A stretch of DNA of 64,000 bases. Source: Thermoplasmatota archaeon (lineage in GTDB: Archaea; Thermoplasmatota; JAKEGO01). Under the pieces are notes generated by a model that worked only from the letters and a program-made list of their open reading frames with translations, ran no database searches and was not told the origin of the DNA. Position numbers and translations under genes: made by a program. Where the stretch lies: positions 1 to 64,000 of the forward strand of contig JANQNK010000013.1 in the NCBI GenBank assembly GCA_028279595.1, given 5' to 3'. Below, piece by piece: positions 1 to 9,777 of this stretch. Each line of letters begins with the position of its first letter. Within the stretch, counting starts at the first letter, position 1.

Positions 1-2
1 GC

Positions 3-3000
3 GTCCGGTCCATCGAGGGCGACTTCGGCTCGGGCAACGACACGCTCATCATCGACACCGGTGTCTACGCGGACGCGACGATCTACGGCGGGGCGGGAAA
101 CGACAAGATGGGCTACTCCGGGTCCGGGGACGTGGTCTTCCATGGCGACGGCAACGATGACGAGCTGACCGTGACCGGGGGAGCGATGTCCGCTCCCTCC
201 AGTGCGACCCTCAACGGTGGAGCCGGCAACGACACGCTCATCTCCGAATCATTGAGCGCCTCTCTCGGCGTCACACTGAACGGCGGCAACGGGAACGACA
301 CCCTCAAGGGAGGGAACGGACCCGACACGCTCAACGGTAACGACGGCGATGACACGCTGGAGGGCCGCGGCGGAAGGGACTCGTCGTACGGCGGTGCTGG
401 CGATGATATCTGCGCAGAGCTCCTCCCGAACCTTGTGAAGGGAGAGACGTACGACGGTGGCTCTGGAAACTACGACAGGTTGGACATCCTGGACGGGTTC
501 ACCCCCGACGATCTGAGGGTGAACCCCTATGGCACCGATTCCGCCAGGATCAGCTCCTACGTCGGTTCGACCGAGAAGGCCTACACCACAGTCAAGAACA
601 TCAATGCCATGGTATTCGAGGGCGGCGGAGGCGCAGACAGGTTCACCTTCACGGGTCATCTCGAACAATCGGGTCTCAGGAGCGTGACCGTCGAGATGGG
701 TACTGACTCATCAGCAGACCACGTGGAGTTGATACTCGACGACGAGGACAACTGGGTCCAGGTATCGGACTCCGGCGGAGGCCCGACCCCGGTCACTATG
801 ACCGCGAACTGGGTAGGCCAGTACGCCGTGAGCGTTCTGGACGGCGACTCGGCCGACGGGGACACGATGGCCATCAGGGCCATGGGCGGCGACGACATCC
901 TCTGTTCCGCGACGGTCTCGAACAACCCGTTCAGCAGGCTCCAGCTGTACGGCGGAGACGACGACGACAAGATCGTCGGTACGCCTGGCCTCGACCACCT
1001 GGACGGCGGCGACGGCGATGACAGGATGACCGGCTTGGGCGGTCTTGACACCTTCGCCGACTCGAGTGGATACGACATCCTGTTCGAGTACAGCCCCGAC
1101 GACTTCGGGCTCCACGGGAACCTGTTCATCATGGGCGACGCATCGGTGACCGGGACGGGTGAGGATCGCGTACTGTCCAACTTCACGAGTGCGACGGCCG
1201 AGGACATCACCGGAATATTCGAGGAGGCCCAGCTCAAGGGCAGCGGCGACGTCAACGTCTTCGCGATCGGTTCCGAGTCCGGGACGGTGACCGTGAACGG
1301 CACATCGATGTCCACCACCCAGTGGGACGGCATAGTCAACATCAACAGCATGGGCGGCGACGACGAGTACATCGTCGAACTTGCCGGCCTGAACGAGGCC
1401 ACAGTCCAGCTCATCGAGGCCGACCTCTACAACGGCGACGAGTTGATAGAGGAGGCCGGCGGGAACGACACCCTCTACTTCAAGGGCGGTCCCGGAGCCG
1501 ATACCGGCACGGTGGACGTGTCCGGGGACTGGAGCGTCCTCAGGATGCAGAAGCCCGGCGAGTCGGCGAGCGAGGTCTGGTCGACGACGACCATCGAGAC
1601 CAACAACGTCCACATGCTGGGCGGCGACGACACGCTCACACTCTACAATACTGATGTAAACACGATAATCAGCGGCGGCGATGGGGACGACCTCTTCATC
1701 GTCATGACAGGCGACTTCGACGCCGAGGTCATCGGCGGCCCGGACTACGACACCATCGACGGCCCGGACCAGGACAACATGTGGGTCATGACCGGGGACA
1801 GCGAGGGTACGCTCAATACCTACCTGGAGTTCTCCGAGATCGAACTTCTGAACGGGAACACATACCACGATACCATCGTGGGGACGGACACTGACGACTC
1901 CTTCGCCCTCACCGGGGACAACGAGGGAACCATGAACGGTGTCCTGGACTTCACGTCCATGGAACACGTCGACGGCGGCGTCGGGTCCGACGAGCTCGTC
2001 GGACACTATCGGGAGAACGTATTCAACATACTCGGCTGGAACGAGGGCGACCTGAACGTGGTCCTCACGTTGGAGTCGGTGGAGAACCTCACTGGTAACG
2101 ACGATAACGACGTCTTCGTGTTCTCGGACCAGCAGGGCATCGACGGCATCATCGACGGTGAGCCGGACGTCGACACGCTCGACTACTCGGCATACACGAC
2201 CGACCTGGACGTCAGGCTCGAGGACAACGAGGCCACCGGCACCGGCGGCGTGTTCGACATCGAGAACGTCATCGGCGGTTCCGGCGACGATTACATAGTC
2301 GGCAACGAGTGGGACAACGAACTGATCGGAAACGACGGCAACGATGAGATCCACGGTCGCGCGGGCAATGACGTCATATTCGGGAACACCGGCGAGGACC
2401 TCCTGGCGGGCGGTGACGACGACGACTGGCTCGAGGGCAACGAGGACGACGACGTGATCTTCGGCGACAACGCCGAGTTCAACTTCGACGATGACGACGT
2501 CCTTGTGGAGGCCGTGTCGGTCGAGACCGACAGCGGCGGTGACGACTACCTCCTGGGCCATGTCGGCGACGACATCCTTGTCGGCGGTCCGGGCGACGAT
2601 GACATCTTCGGCAACGAGGGCGACGACATCGGCCTCGGCGACAATGGTATCATACGGTTCCTCCTTGGCGAACCTGACGAGATCGAGGCCATCGATCCCG
2701 AGAACGGCGGCGACGACTACCTCAGCGGAGAGCTCGGCGACGACATCCTGATGGGCGGTCCGGCCGACGACTCCCTCGAGGGCGACGACGGCGAGGACAT
2801 ACTCTTCGGCGACGACGGAAAGGTCGAGAAGGCGCATGGTGTGGTGACCGATATCGAGTCCATGCCATTGGAGGTCGGGGACGAGAGCGGCGACGATTAC
2901 ATGGCTGGCTCGATGGATAATGACATCCTCGTGGGAGGTCCAGGCAACGATACCCTGACGGGCGGGGACGGTGACGACATCGGCCTCGGCGACTGCGGAA

Positions 3001-6000
3001 GGATCCACCTGCCCGGCGGCGAGCTGGAGGAGGTCGAGACCCTCTTCCCCGAGGAGGGCGGCGACGATTATCTGACTGGCGAAGATGGAGAGGACATACT
3101 GCTGGGCGGTCCCGGCGACGATACGATCTCCGGCGACGTCGGCGAGGACATCCTCCTCGGAGACGGAGGCTGGGTGTACGTCGAGAACGGCGTTCCACAG
3201 TTCATCGAGACATCACCTGAAGATACGGAATGCGACGATCTCATGGAGGGCGGTGAGGGCGACGACGTCCTGATGGGCGGTCTGGCCGATGACGAGATCC
3301 ATGGAGGGAGCGGCAACGACGTGATCGTCGGCGACGGTGGATCTGTGGAATTCGTGACGGGAACGGCCATGAGGGCGCAGATCGAGTCCACCGGTGACGA
3401 CGACGAGGACACGGGCGGAGACGATACCATCTACGGCAACGACGGTGACGATATCATCATAGGCGGGACGAACGATGATACGGTCTTCGGCAACACAGGT
3501 GTCGACATCCTTATCGGGGACGGCGGACGGCTGACATACGAGAATGGCATCATCGTGCTCATCGAGACCACCTCCCCCGACTCCGGGGGCGACGATTCCC
3601 TCAATGGAGATTCCGGTGACGACATCATCATGGGCGGACCGGAGGACGATACGATCTACGGAGGCGACGGCGACGACGTGTGCATCGGCGACGGCGGACA
3701 ACTAGTGTTCGTCGACGGCGTGCTCGTGAGACTGGAGGGCGTTTCACCCGGGGAAGGCGGCGACGATATCATCTATGCCGGCGACGGCGAGGACACTGTC
3801 TATGGCGGCTACGGTAACGACACCCTGGACACCGGCGACGACGACTCCGATGACATGGTCTTCGGCGACAGCGGAGGCATGACCTTCGGCGGTACCGGAG
3901 AGCAGGAGGACGATTCATCCATCCTGAGCTTCAACTTCGGAGCGGATGCGGGCAGCGGCTGCTGGGACGACGACGATGACGACGACTGGTGGTGGCAGTC
4001 CTCGCAGACGGATGTGACCGGAGTGGCCGGTGCGGGCGACGCTCGCGCCGGGAACTGGAACAACCTGAAGGGCAAGGGCCACTCGATCTTCGGTAACGAG
4101 CCCGGAGAGTTCATCCGGGACGACGACGGGGACACAGTCCCCGGAGTGACCGTCGAATGGGGGCGGAACATCGACTCCTACTGCTCGAAGAGCCTTTCAT
4201 CCGACACGCACAGCGAGATATGTCCCGAGGACGACCAGGACAAGCGTCTCTTCGAGGGATACCTGTACACGAGCAAGGGTTACACGCTCGGTGTCGACAT
4301 CTCGGGACTGGGTTGGCTCTACGAGGAGTACGATGTCTACGTCTATCTCGACGCCGACAACGGCAAGTCGAAGTACGGAAGGTCCGTCCGGACCATAACC
4401 GACGGTTCCACGACATATTACCTGGACGACCCGGACCATCACAACTTTGATGGAACGTATTCGCAGGTCACATCCACGAACAGCGGCTCTCCGCAGCGGG
4501 GGAACTACGTGGTGTTCGACGGCCTATCCTCTGACACAGTGTCGATCAGGATCGCCAGCCATACATGGACCTCGTACAACAGACCGGCGATAACTGCGAT
4601 ACAGATCGTGGGCGACCACCATCCGGTGGACGTCATCGGATCCTCCGATGACGACCTCGGCGGAGACGACACGATATCGACAGGAGGCGGCAACGACATC
4701 GTGATCGGCGGCGGCGGTGATGACGACATCAACACATCGGGCGACTCCCGATACGGCGGGAACGATGACGACATCGTGATCGGCGACGGAGGGCGGTTGA
4801 CCTTCGCTCTCGGCGAGCTAAGGGCGGTGGAGACCACCTCGCCCGAGACCGAGGACCGCGGAACCGACAACGACACGATCGTGACCGGCAACGGAGCCGA
4901 CCTGGTCTTCGGAGGCAATGGCGGGGACGATATCGATGCTGGCTCGCCTGATCAATACGATCACGGCGACCTGAAGGTCCTGAGCGTCAACTTCAACGGC
5001 GGCGTGGACAACGGTTACGTCGATGGGGTGGCCGGTGCCGTAGCCGTCGGCAACTGGAACAACGTCAATGCCGGATCCTGCGCCCATTCCCACTGCGATG
5101 ACGATGACGACGACGATGATGACTGGTGGTGGTGGTGCGATACAGAGTACGACGACGACCTTGTGTTCGACGACGGCACCGACGCCACGGACGTCACCGT
5201 CGAATGGGGATACAACCTCGATTCATGGAACTCTAAGAAATTGAGCAGGGACAGTCACAGCGAGATCGAACCGGACACTCAGAACGAGAGGCTGTTCGAG
5301 GGTTATCTGTACACTTCCAAGAGCAAGACCCTGGGCGTCGACATCACCGGTCTGGAGGACCACTTCGACTCGTTCGATGTCTACGTGTACCTCGATGCCG
5401 ACGACAAGAGGTCGCGGTCCGACAGCTCGATCCGGAGGATATCCGACGGCTCGACCGACTTCTACCTGGACGATCCCGACGGGAACGAGTTCAAGGGCGA
5501 GTTCGTGGAGGTCACTGCGACCGATCCGAGCGACGCGGCGACCGGGAACTACGTCGTCTTCAGGGACGTGTCCGGGGATTCGTTCGAGATAAGGATCGAC
5601 GACTACACAGGCTGTTACAGCAGTTCGCAGAACTATCCGGCGATAACTGCCCTGCAGATAGTCGGAGGTGACGACAAGGACGATGTCGTAATCACCGGAG
5701 ATCTGGACAAGGACATGGTCCTGGGCGACAACGGAGCGGCCCTCATTCACGAGGGCGACATCTATGAACTTTACACCACCGATGGAATGAACGGTGTCGA
5801 ACCGTTCCAGGGTGATACGATATCCACCGGACCCGATGCAGACATCGCCGTCGGAGGAAACGGCAGCGATACGATCGACGGAGGTTCCGGCGACGACCTG
5901 ATCCTGGGGGACAACGTACACCTGCTCTTCTTCGAAGGACGTCTCATCGACACCTGTACAGACCGTCACTGCTGCGGACACGATGACGATGACTGCGACG

Positions 6001-7259
6001 ACGACGATGATGACGACGATGACGATGATGATGACGATGATGACGACCAGGACGATGGTGACTGGCAGTGCCATTCTTGCTGGTGGTGGTGCTGGAGACA
6101 TCATCATCATTCCGAACCGTACCGTGTCCTCGGCATCCGGCTCGGTGATGACGAGATCGGCGGGAACGACAGCCTCGAGGGAGGCCGGGACAACGATCTC
6201 ATCTACGGTCAGTACGGGAACGACACCTACGTCTTCGATGGACTCGGACTGGGCCACGATCGTCTTGTCGAGGCCGGCGACTGCAATGATCCCCCGAACG
6301 ATCCACTGGACACGCTGGACTTCAGCATGTTCGGAGCCTCGGTCTGGATAGACCTCGACAGGTCCTGCGAGCAGACCGTGAACGGCGGGAGGACCTACAC
6401 CGATAGGAACCTGTCCTTGGCGCTCTTCTATCCGAGCGGGTTCGAGGGAGTCATCGGGAGCAAGTACGACGACGAGATCGAGGGGAACCATCGCGACAAC
6501 ACCCTCATGGGCATGGACGGCGACGACGAGATCGACGGCGAGTCGGGCGACGACACCATCGGCGGCGGTGACGGCAACGACGAGCTCGAGGGCGATTGTG
6601 GCGATGACACCATCGACGGTGGCGACGGGCACGACGACATCGAAGGGGACTCGGGCCACGACTCCATCAGCGGAGGTGACGGGAACGACTGCATCGACGG
6701 CGGATCCGGCGACGACTCGATCGAAGGCGGCGACGGCCATGACGACATCGACGGCGGGTCCGGCGACGACGACCTCATAGGCGGCGACGGCAACGACGAC
6801 ATCTACGGCGCTTCCGGCGACGATCACATCGAGGGAGGCGCTGGCCACGACGACCTCTGCGGAGGTTCCGGCGACGATACGATGGAGGGCGGCGACGACA
6901 ACGACGACATGTGGGGCGGCTCGGGCGACGATACCATGGAGGGCGGAGCCGGCGACGACGACATGGACGGCGACTCCGGCGACGACTCGATGTACGGTGA
7001 CGAGGGCGACGACGACATGTACGGCGACTCCGGACACGACCACATGGAGGGCGGCGATGGCGACGACGATATGTGGGGCGGTTCCGGCAACGACACGATG
7101 TTCGGCGACGATGGAGATGACGTCCTCTACGGCAACAGCGGATCGGACGATATCGACGGCGGCGAGGGTAATGATTACGTGTGTCTCGGAGGCAGTAAAC
7201 CGTGGTGGTGGTGCAACTGGGACGACGACGATGATGACGACGACGATGACGACGACTGA
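3..7259 (+). CDS. Giant RTX-like (hemolysin-type Ca-binding repeat) extracellular protein, 5'-truncated by the window edge (>2400 aa)
   Basis: The frame is open from position 3 (VRSIEGDFGSGNDTL...) through ORF 108..7259. It carries dozens of GGxGxDxL/I nonapeptides and GDxG-type repeats, two duplicated ~230-aa globular domains and a poly-Asp C-terminus. Confidence 0.9.
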   Translation, partial: VRSIEGDFGSGNDTLIIDTGVYADATIYGGAGNDKMGYSGSGDVVFHGDGNDDELTVTGGAMSAPSSATLNGGAGNDTLISESLSASLGVTLNGGNGNDTLKGGNGPDTLNGNDGDDTLEGRGGRDSSYGGAGDDICAELLPNLVKGETYDGGSGNYDRLDILDGFTPDDLRVNPYGTDSARISSYVGSTEKAYTTVKNINAMVFEGGGGADRFTFTGHLEQSGLRSVTVEMGTDSSADHVELILDDEDNWVQVSDSGGGPTPVTMTANWVGQYAVSVLDGDSADGDTMAIRAMGGDDILCSATVSNNPFSRLQLYGGDDDDKIVGTPGLDHLDGGDGDDRMTGLGGLDTFADSSGYDILFEYSPDDFGLHGNLFIMGDASVTGTGEDRVLSNFTSATAEDITGIFEEAQLKGSGDVNVFAIGSESGTVTVNGTSMSTTQWDGIVNINSMGGDDEYIVELAGLNEATVQLIEADLYNGDELIEEAGGNDTLYFKGGPGADTGTVDVSGDWSVLRMQKPGESASEVWSTTTIETNNVHMLGGDDTLTLYNTDVNTIISGGDGDDLFIVMTGDFDAEVIGGPDYDTIDGPDQDNMWVMTGDSEGTLNTYLEFSEIELLNGNTYHDTIVGTDTDDSFALTGDNEGTMNGVLDFTSMEHVDGGVGSDELVGHYRENVFNILGWNEGDLNVVLTLESVENLTGNDDNDVFVFSDQQGIDGIIDGEPDVDTLDYSAYTTDLDVRLEDNEATGTGGVFDIENVIGGSGDDYIVGNEWDNELIGNDGNDEIHGRAGNDVIFGNTGEDLLAGGDDDDWLEGNEDDDVIFGDNAEFNFDDDDVLVEAVSVETDSGGDDYLLGHVGDDILVGGPGDDDIFGNEGDDIGLGDNGIIRFLLGEPDEIEAIDPENGGDDYLSGELGDDILMGGPADDSLEGDDGEDILFGDDGKVEKAHGVVTDIESMPLEVGDESGDDYMAGSMDNDILVGGPGNDTLTGGDGDDIGLGDCGRIHLPGGELEEVETLFPEEGGDDYLTGEDGEDILLGGPGDDTISGDVGEDILLGDGGWVYVENGVPQFIETSPEDTECDDLMEGGEGDDVLMGGLADDEIHGGSGNDVIVGDGGSVEFVTGTAMRAQIESTGDDDEDTGGDDTIYGNDGDDIIIGGTNDDTVFGNTGVDILIGDGGRLTYENGIIVLIETTSPDSGGDDSLNGDSGDDIIMGGPEDDTIYGGDGDDVCIGDGGQLVFVDGVLVRLEGVSPGEGGDDIIYAGDGEDTVYGGYGNDTLDTGDDDSDDMVFGDSGGMTFGGTGEQEDDSSILSFNFGADAGSGCWDDDDDDDWWWQSSQTDVTGVAGAGDARAGNWNNLKGKGHSIFGNEPGEFIRDDDGDTVPGVTVEWGRNIDSYCSKSLSSDTHSEICPEDDQDKRLFEGYLYTSKGYTLGVDISGLGWLYEEYDVYVYLDADNGKSKYGRSVRTITDGSTTYYLDDPDHHNFDGTYSQVTSTNSGSPQRGNYVVFDGLSSDTVSIRIASHTWTSYNRPAITAIQIVGDHHPVDVIGSSDDDLGGDDTISTGGGNDIVIGGGGDDDINTSGDSRYGGNDDDIVIGDGGRLTFALGELRAVETTSPETEDRGTDNDTIVTGNGADLVFGGNGGDDIDAGSPDQYDHGDLKVLSVNFNGGVDNGYVDGVAGAVAVGNWNNVNAGSCAHSHCDDDDDDDDDWWWWCDTEYDDDLVFDDGTDATDVTVEWGYNLDSWNSKKLSRDSHSEIEPDTQNERLFEGYLYTSKSKTLGVDITGLEDHFDSFDVYVYLDADDKRSRSDSSIRRISDGSTDFYLDDPDGNEFKGEFVEVTATDPSDAATGNYVVFRDVSGDSFEIRIDDYTGCYSSSQNYPAITALQIVGGDDKDDVVITGDLDKDMVLGDNGAALIHEGDIYELYTTDGMNGVEPFQGDTISTGPDADIAVGGNGSDTIDGGSGDDLILGDNVHLLFFEGRLIDTCTDRHCCGHDDDDCDDDDDDDDDDDDDDDDDQDDGDWQCHSCWWWCWRHHHHSEPYRVLGIRLGDDEIGGNDSLEGGRDNDLIYGQYGNDTYVFDGLGLGHDRLVEAGDCNDPPNDPLDTLDFSMFGASVWIDLDRSCEQTVNGGRTYTDRNLSLALFYPSGFEGVIGSKYDDEIEGNHRDNTLMGMDGDDEIDGESGDDTIGGGDGNDELEGDCGDDTIDGGDGHDDIEGDSGHDSISGGDGNDCIDGGSGDDSIEGGDGHDDIDGGSGDDDLIGGDGNDDIYGASGDDHIEGGAGHDDLCGGSGDDTMEGGDDNDDMWGGSGDDTMEGGAGDDDMDGDSGDDSMYGDEGDDDMYGDSGHDHMEGGDGDDDMWGGSGNDTMFGDDGDDVLYGNSGSDDIDGGEGNDYVCLGGSKPWWWCNWDDDDDDDDDDDD
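3916..5668 (+). repeat. Internal duplication of a ~230-aa beta-rich domain in the RTX-like protein (copies ~3916-4613 and ~4971-5668)
   Basis: Both copies share NWNN, VTVEWG-N-DS, HSEI-P, RLFEGYLYTSK..TLGVDI, DVYVYLDAD, YLDDPD, GNYVVF and PAITA-QIVG. Confidence 0.85.
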
Positions 7260-7263
7260 TGAT

Positions 7264-9594
7264 TCAATTGTTCTCCGCAACGATCTCAGGTTCGACGACC
7301 TCTATCTCGGCAGCGGCCGCTTCCGTTTCGAGGACCGCACGATAGTCGTCCGTCAGGTTGATCCCTTCACCGCGGGATGCGTTCACCACGTTCTTGCGCT
7401 TCAACCTCTTGATGTGGTGGGAGACAGTCGAGGGTGACAGTCCTATCTTCGTGGCCAGGTCCTTCTGGGCGATGCCCGGCTCCGCCTGGACGAAGGCAAC
7501 GATCCGCTGCTCCGTCTCGTCGAGCACGAACTCCGGTATCCTGTACCCGTGGGGGTAGAATCGCTTGTAGAAGCCGTCAGAACGAGCCCTCAGGAAACCT
7601 GAGGCTTCGAGGACACGTAAATGATAACCGGCAGAGCCGTTCGGCATCTCCAGGTCCTTCTTGATCATGCTGAAGTGGGCTCCGGGATTGTGCCTGATGT
7701 ACTCGATTATCCGTCCTCTGGTCTTCTGGTCGGCGACCGTCTCCTCCTTCAATTTGGTGTAAAGTGGGAAGAGGAGCCCGAACAGGGAGTAGAATCCGAT
7801 ACCTGTGGCTGCGAAAGCAACGAAACCCCCTGCGACGATTCCGGCAACGATCAGTTGCTCTTCTTCGGAAAGGAATGGTTCGGCGGGGTCCTTCGGAGCC
7901 GGATCGATGCTGTTGTCCACGATAATCGTGATGTTCTCGTAGAATGAGAAATGATGTTCATCCCTAACCCTGACAGTAATGTTGTGGACGCCGTTTGTGA
8001 GGTTCCACGTGTCGTAGGCAAGGCTCCATATCTCGGTTCCATTGGTCCCAAGCCATTGCTCGCCATCTATGCGGATCTGGACGATGATCAGTTCACCATC
8101 CTCGTCCTCGGCCGTACCATTGAACCAGATCCACCCGCTCACGGTAGTTCCGTCGATCGGCCCGGCTATCGACACCTCTGGTCTGACGTTGATCAGGATG
8201 GTTATGGTACTGGATACACCAATGGTACCATTATCATCCTCGATATCGAGGGTGATGTTATGTTCGCCGACCGAAAGGCCATCGGTCGAGAAGTTCGCAT
8301 CAACCCCCGAATGAAGGATACCGTCGCGATCGGATGTCCATGTGTGGGTAATGACACCATCATCCCTGGTCGTCGCATTGAAATGGACCTCTTCGTCCAC
8401 GATAGCCTTTCGGGGGGAGTCGACACGCAGTATCCTCGGTACCTCGTTCCTAATGCGAATCCAATCCAGAACGGGAGCATCATCTGCTGAATCTCCCCCA
8501 TCAATTAGATACGGTGCATCCCCGAATCCGTCATGGTTTGTGTCATTTCCGACATAATCGGACCATTCGTTCCCGACATTACCATAGGACCAATGGTTCC
8601 GACCGGTATTGTCGAATCCCTGCGACGAATGATCCCCGTTGTCGATGAACCGGTTGCGGAAGATCCAGTTATCTACACTCGGGCCATAGGCGGATACGGA
8701 AATACCGTATTCACCGTTGGAGTGTACTAGGTTATTTGTGATATTGTTTAACGAGTTTCTTCCTAGCACTATACCCGATAGATCGTTATTGTGCACATTG
8801 CTGTTCATCAGAATGTTCCCATGTCCCACAGCGAACTGGATACCGGTCTCTCCGAATTCGGAGACCTCGATGTTATCGAAGATGTTGTTATGGGACTCCC
8901 ATGCTTCGATACCTTGCATCGTTCCATTGGTCAACGTGCAATCGGTGAACTCATTGTTCGAACTGAATGATAGGTTGATTCCAATGTAATGGCTGTCATG
9001 GACCGTGACGTTGTGGATCACGTTCCGGTCCGACGAACCCAGGAACAGGGAGTTCATTCCGTTCTTAATGGTAGTATCCGCGATCACGTTCCTGTCGGAG
9101 AGGGTCAGACCGATCGAGCCATTGACAGAGAGATTCTGGATTTCGTTGTCATCGCCTAAGACATCGATTCCGCCAGATACCGTGAGGTTGCTGAGCCGGC
9201 ATTCGGTACCCTGGACCGTCAATCGATATGTCATAATATCCATCTGGGAGACTGTAACAAAATCAGCGTTGATCATGAATTCGTCGGTCGGGCTGCTCGA
9301 ATTCAGCAGCGAAACGTCTGTCCCATTGCCTTCGATATCTACCTGAGTGAAAACTGAGACCGATTCACTGTAATTACCCTTGTAGACCCTGATCGTATCT
9401 CCATCCGAGGACGCATTCAAAGCATCCTGGATCGTGTTGAACTGCGCCCACCACCCCGGATCGTCGTCCACCACGATCTCAACGGACGAGGCCCCCGGCA
9501 GCGAGTACAGGATCGTTAAGGAGATGACGACCGAGGCCGCCAGGAACCCCGTCCTCCAGCTGGAGCGTGAACGTGAAACCGTGTCGTCTACCAT
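7264..9594 (-). CDS. Membrane-anchored transcriptional regulator: signal peptide + parallel beta-helix (NosD-like) + Ig/PKD-like domains + TM + two winged helix-turn-helix domains
   Basis: N-terminal hydrophobic signal, VVDDD..IQDAL, Asn-rich beta-helix ending GNEWSDY..DG.GD, TM segment (LIVAGIVAGGFVAF...), then TRGRIIEYIRHNPGAHFSMIKKDL..YHLRVLE and RIVAFVQAEPGIAQKDLATKIGLSPSTVSHHIKRL. Confidence 0.85.
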   Translation of the reverse strand: MVDDTVSRSRSSWRTGFLAASVVISLTILYSLPGASSVEIVVDDDPGWWAQFNTIQDALNASSDGDTIRVYKGNYSESVSVFTQVDIEGNGTDVSLLNSSSPTDEFMINADFVTVSQMDIMTYRLTVQGTECRLSNLTVSGGIDVLGDDNEIQNLSVNGSIGLTLSDRNVIADTTIKNGMNSLFLGSSDRNVIHNVTVHDSHYIGINLSFSSNNEFTDCTLTNGTMQGIEAWESHNNIFDNIEVSEFGETGIQFAVGHGNILMNSNVHNNDLSGIVLGRNSLNNITNNLVHSNGEYGISVSAYGPSVDNWIFRNRFIDNGDHSSQGFDNTGRNHWSYGNVGNEWSDYVGNDTNHDGFGDAPYLIDGGDSADDAPVLDWIRIRNEVPRILRVDSPRKAIVDEEVHFNATTRDDGVITHTWTSDRDGILHSGVDANFSTDGLSVGEHNITLDIEDDNGTIGVSSTITILINVRPEVSIAGPIDGTTVSGWIWFNGTAEDEDGELIIVQIRIDGEQWLGTNGTEIWSLAYDTWNLTNGVHNITVRVRDEHHFSFYENITIIVDNSIDPAPKDPAEPFLSEEEQLIVAGIVAGGFVAFAATGIGFYSLFGLLFPLYTKLKEETVADQKTRGRIIEYIRHNPGAHFSMIKKDLEMPNGSAGYHLRVLEASGFLRARSDGFYKRFYPHGYRIPEFVLDETEQRIVAFVQAEPGIAQKDLATKIGLSPSTVSHHIKRLKRKNVVNASRGEGINLTDDYRAVLETEAAAAEIEVVEPEIVAENN

Positions 9595-9671
9595 TCCTGG
9601 TCACTCCTCCTGTACGTCGTTCAATCGGTCCGGGTATTTAAGTAAAGATTGGTAAGAGTATCGATGTAAGG

Positions 9672-9757
9672 GAAAAAATAGGGCGGGAGGGCGCGACCAG
9701 GTGAATCGGAGCCGCCCTCCCAGGGTCCCCCGGAGTGAGGGTCGTGTTCCCGGGGGA
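9672..9757 (-). terminator. Two GC-rich hairpins followed by a U-tract downstream of the 9778..10584 gene
   Basis: Stems gggagggcg (9685-9693)/cgccctccc (9713-9721) and tcccccgg (9726-9733)/ccggggga (9750-9757). An A6 run at 9673-9678 reads T6 on the minus strand. Confidence 0.5.
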
Positions 9758-9777
9758 TATCGATGTGTCCGCATGTG

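Noticed and set aside
5979-6060. GAY trinucleotide tracts and RTX repeats as a CRISPR array or non-coding satellite
   Set aside because: They are in-frame coding low-complexity repeats with no repeat-spacer structure.
711-7280. Long antisense ORFs (711..3008, 5223..7280) and similar ones elsewhere (e.g. 17476..18888, 54165..55526)
   Set aside because: Shadow frames of GC-rich, GAC/GGC-dominated real genes. The products are Val/Ala-rich with no motifs.
9685-9757. Archaeal SECIS element
   Set aside because: The hairpins lack the GAA/A internal-loop geometry and the upstream gene has no in-frame UGA.
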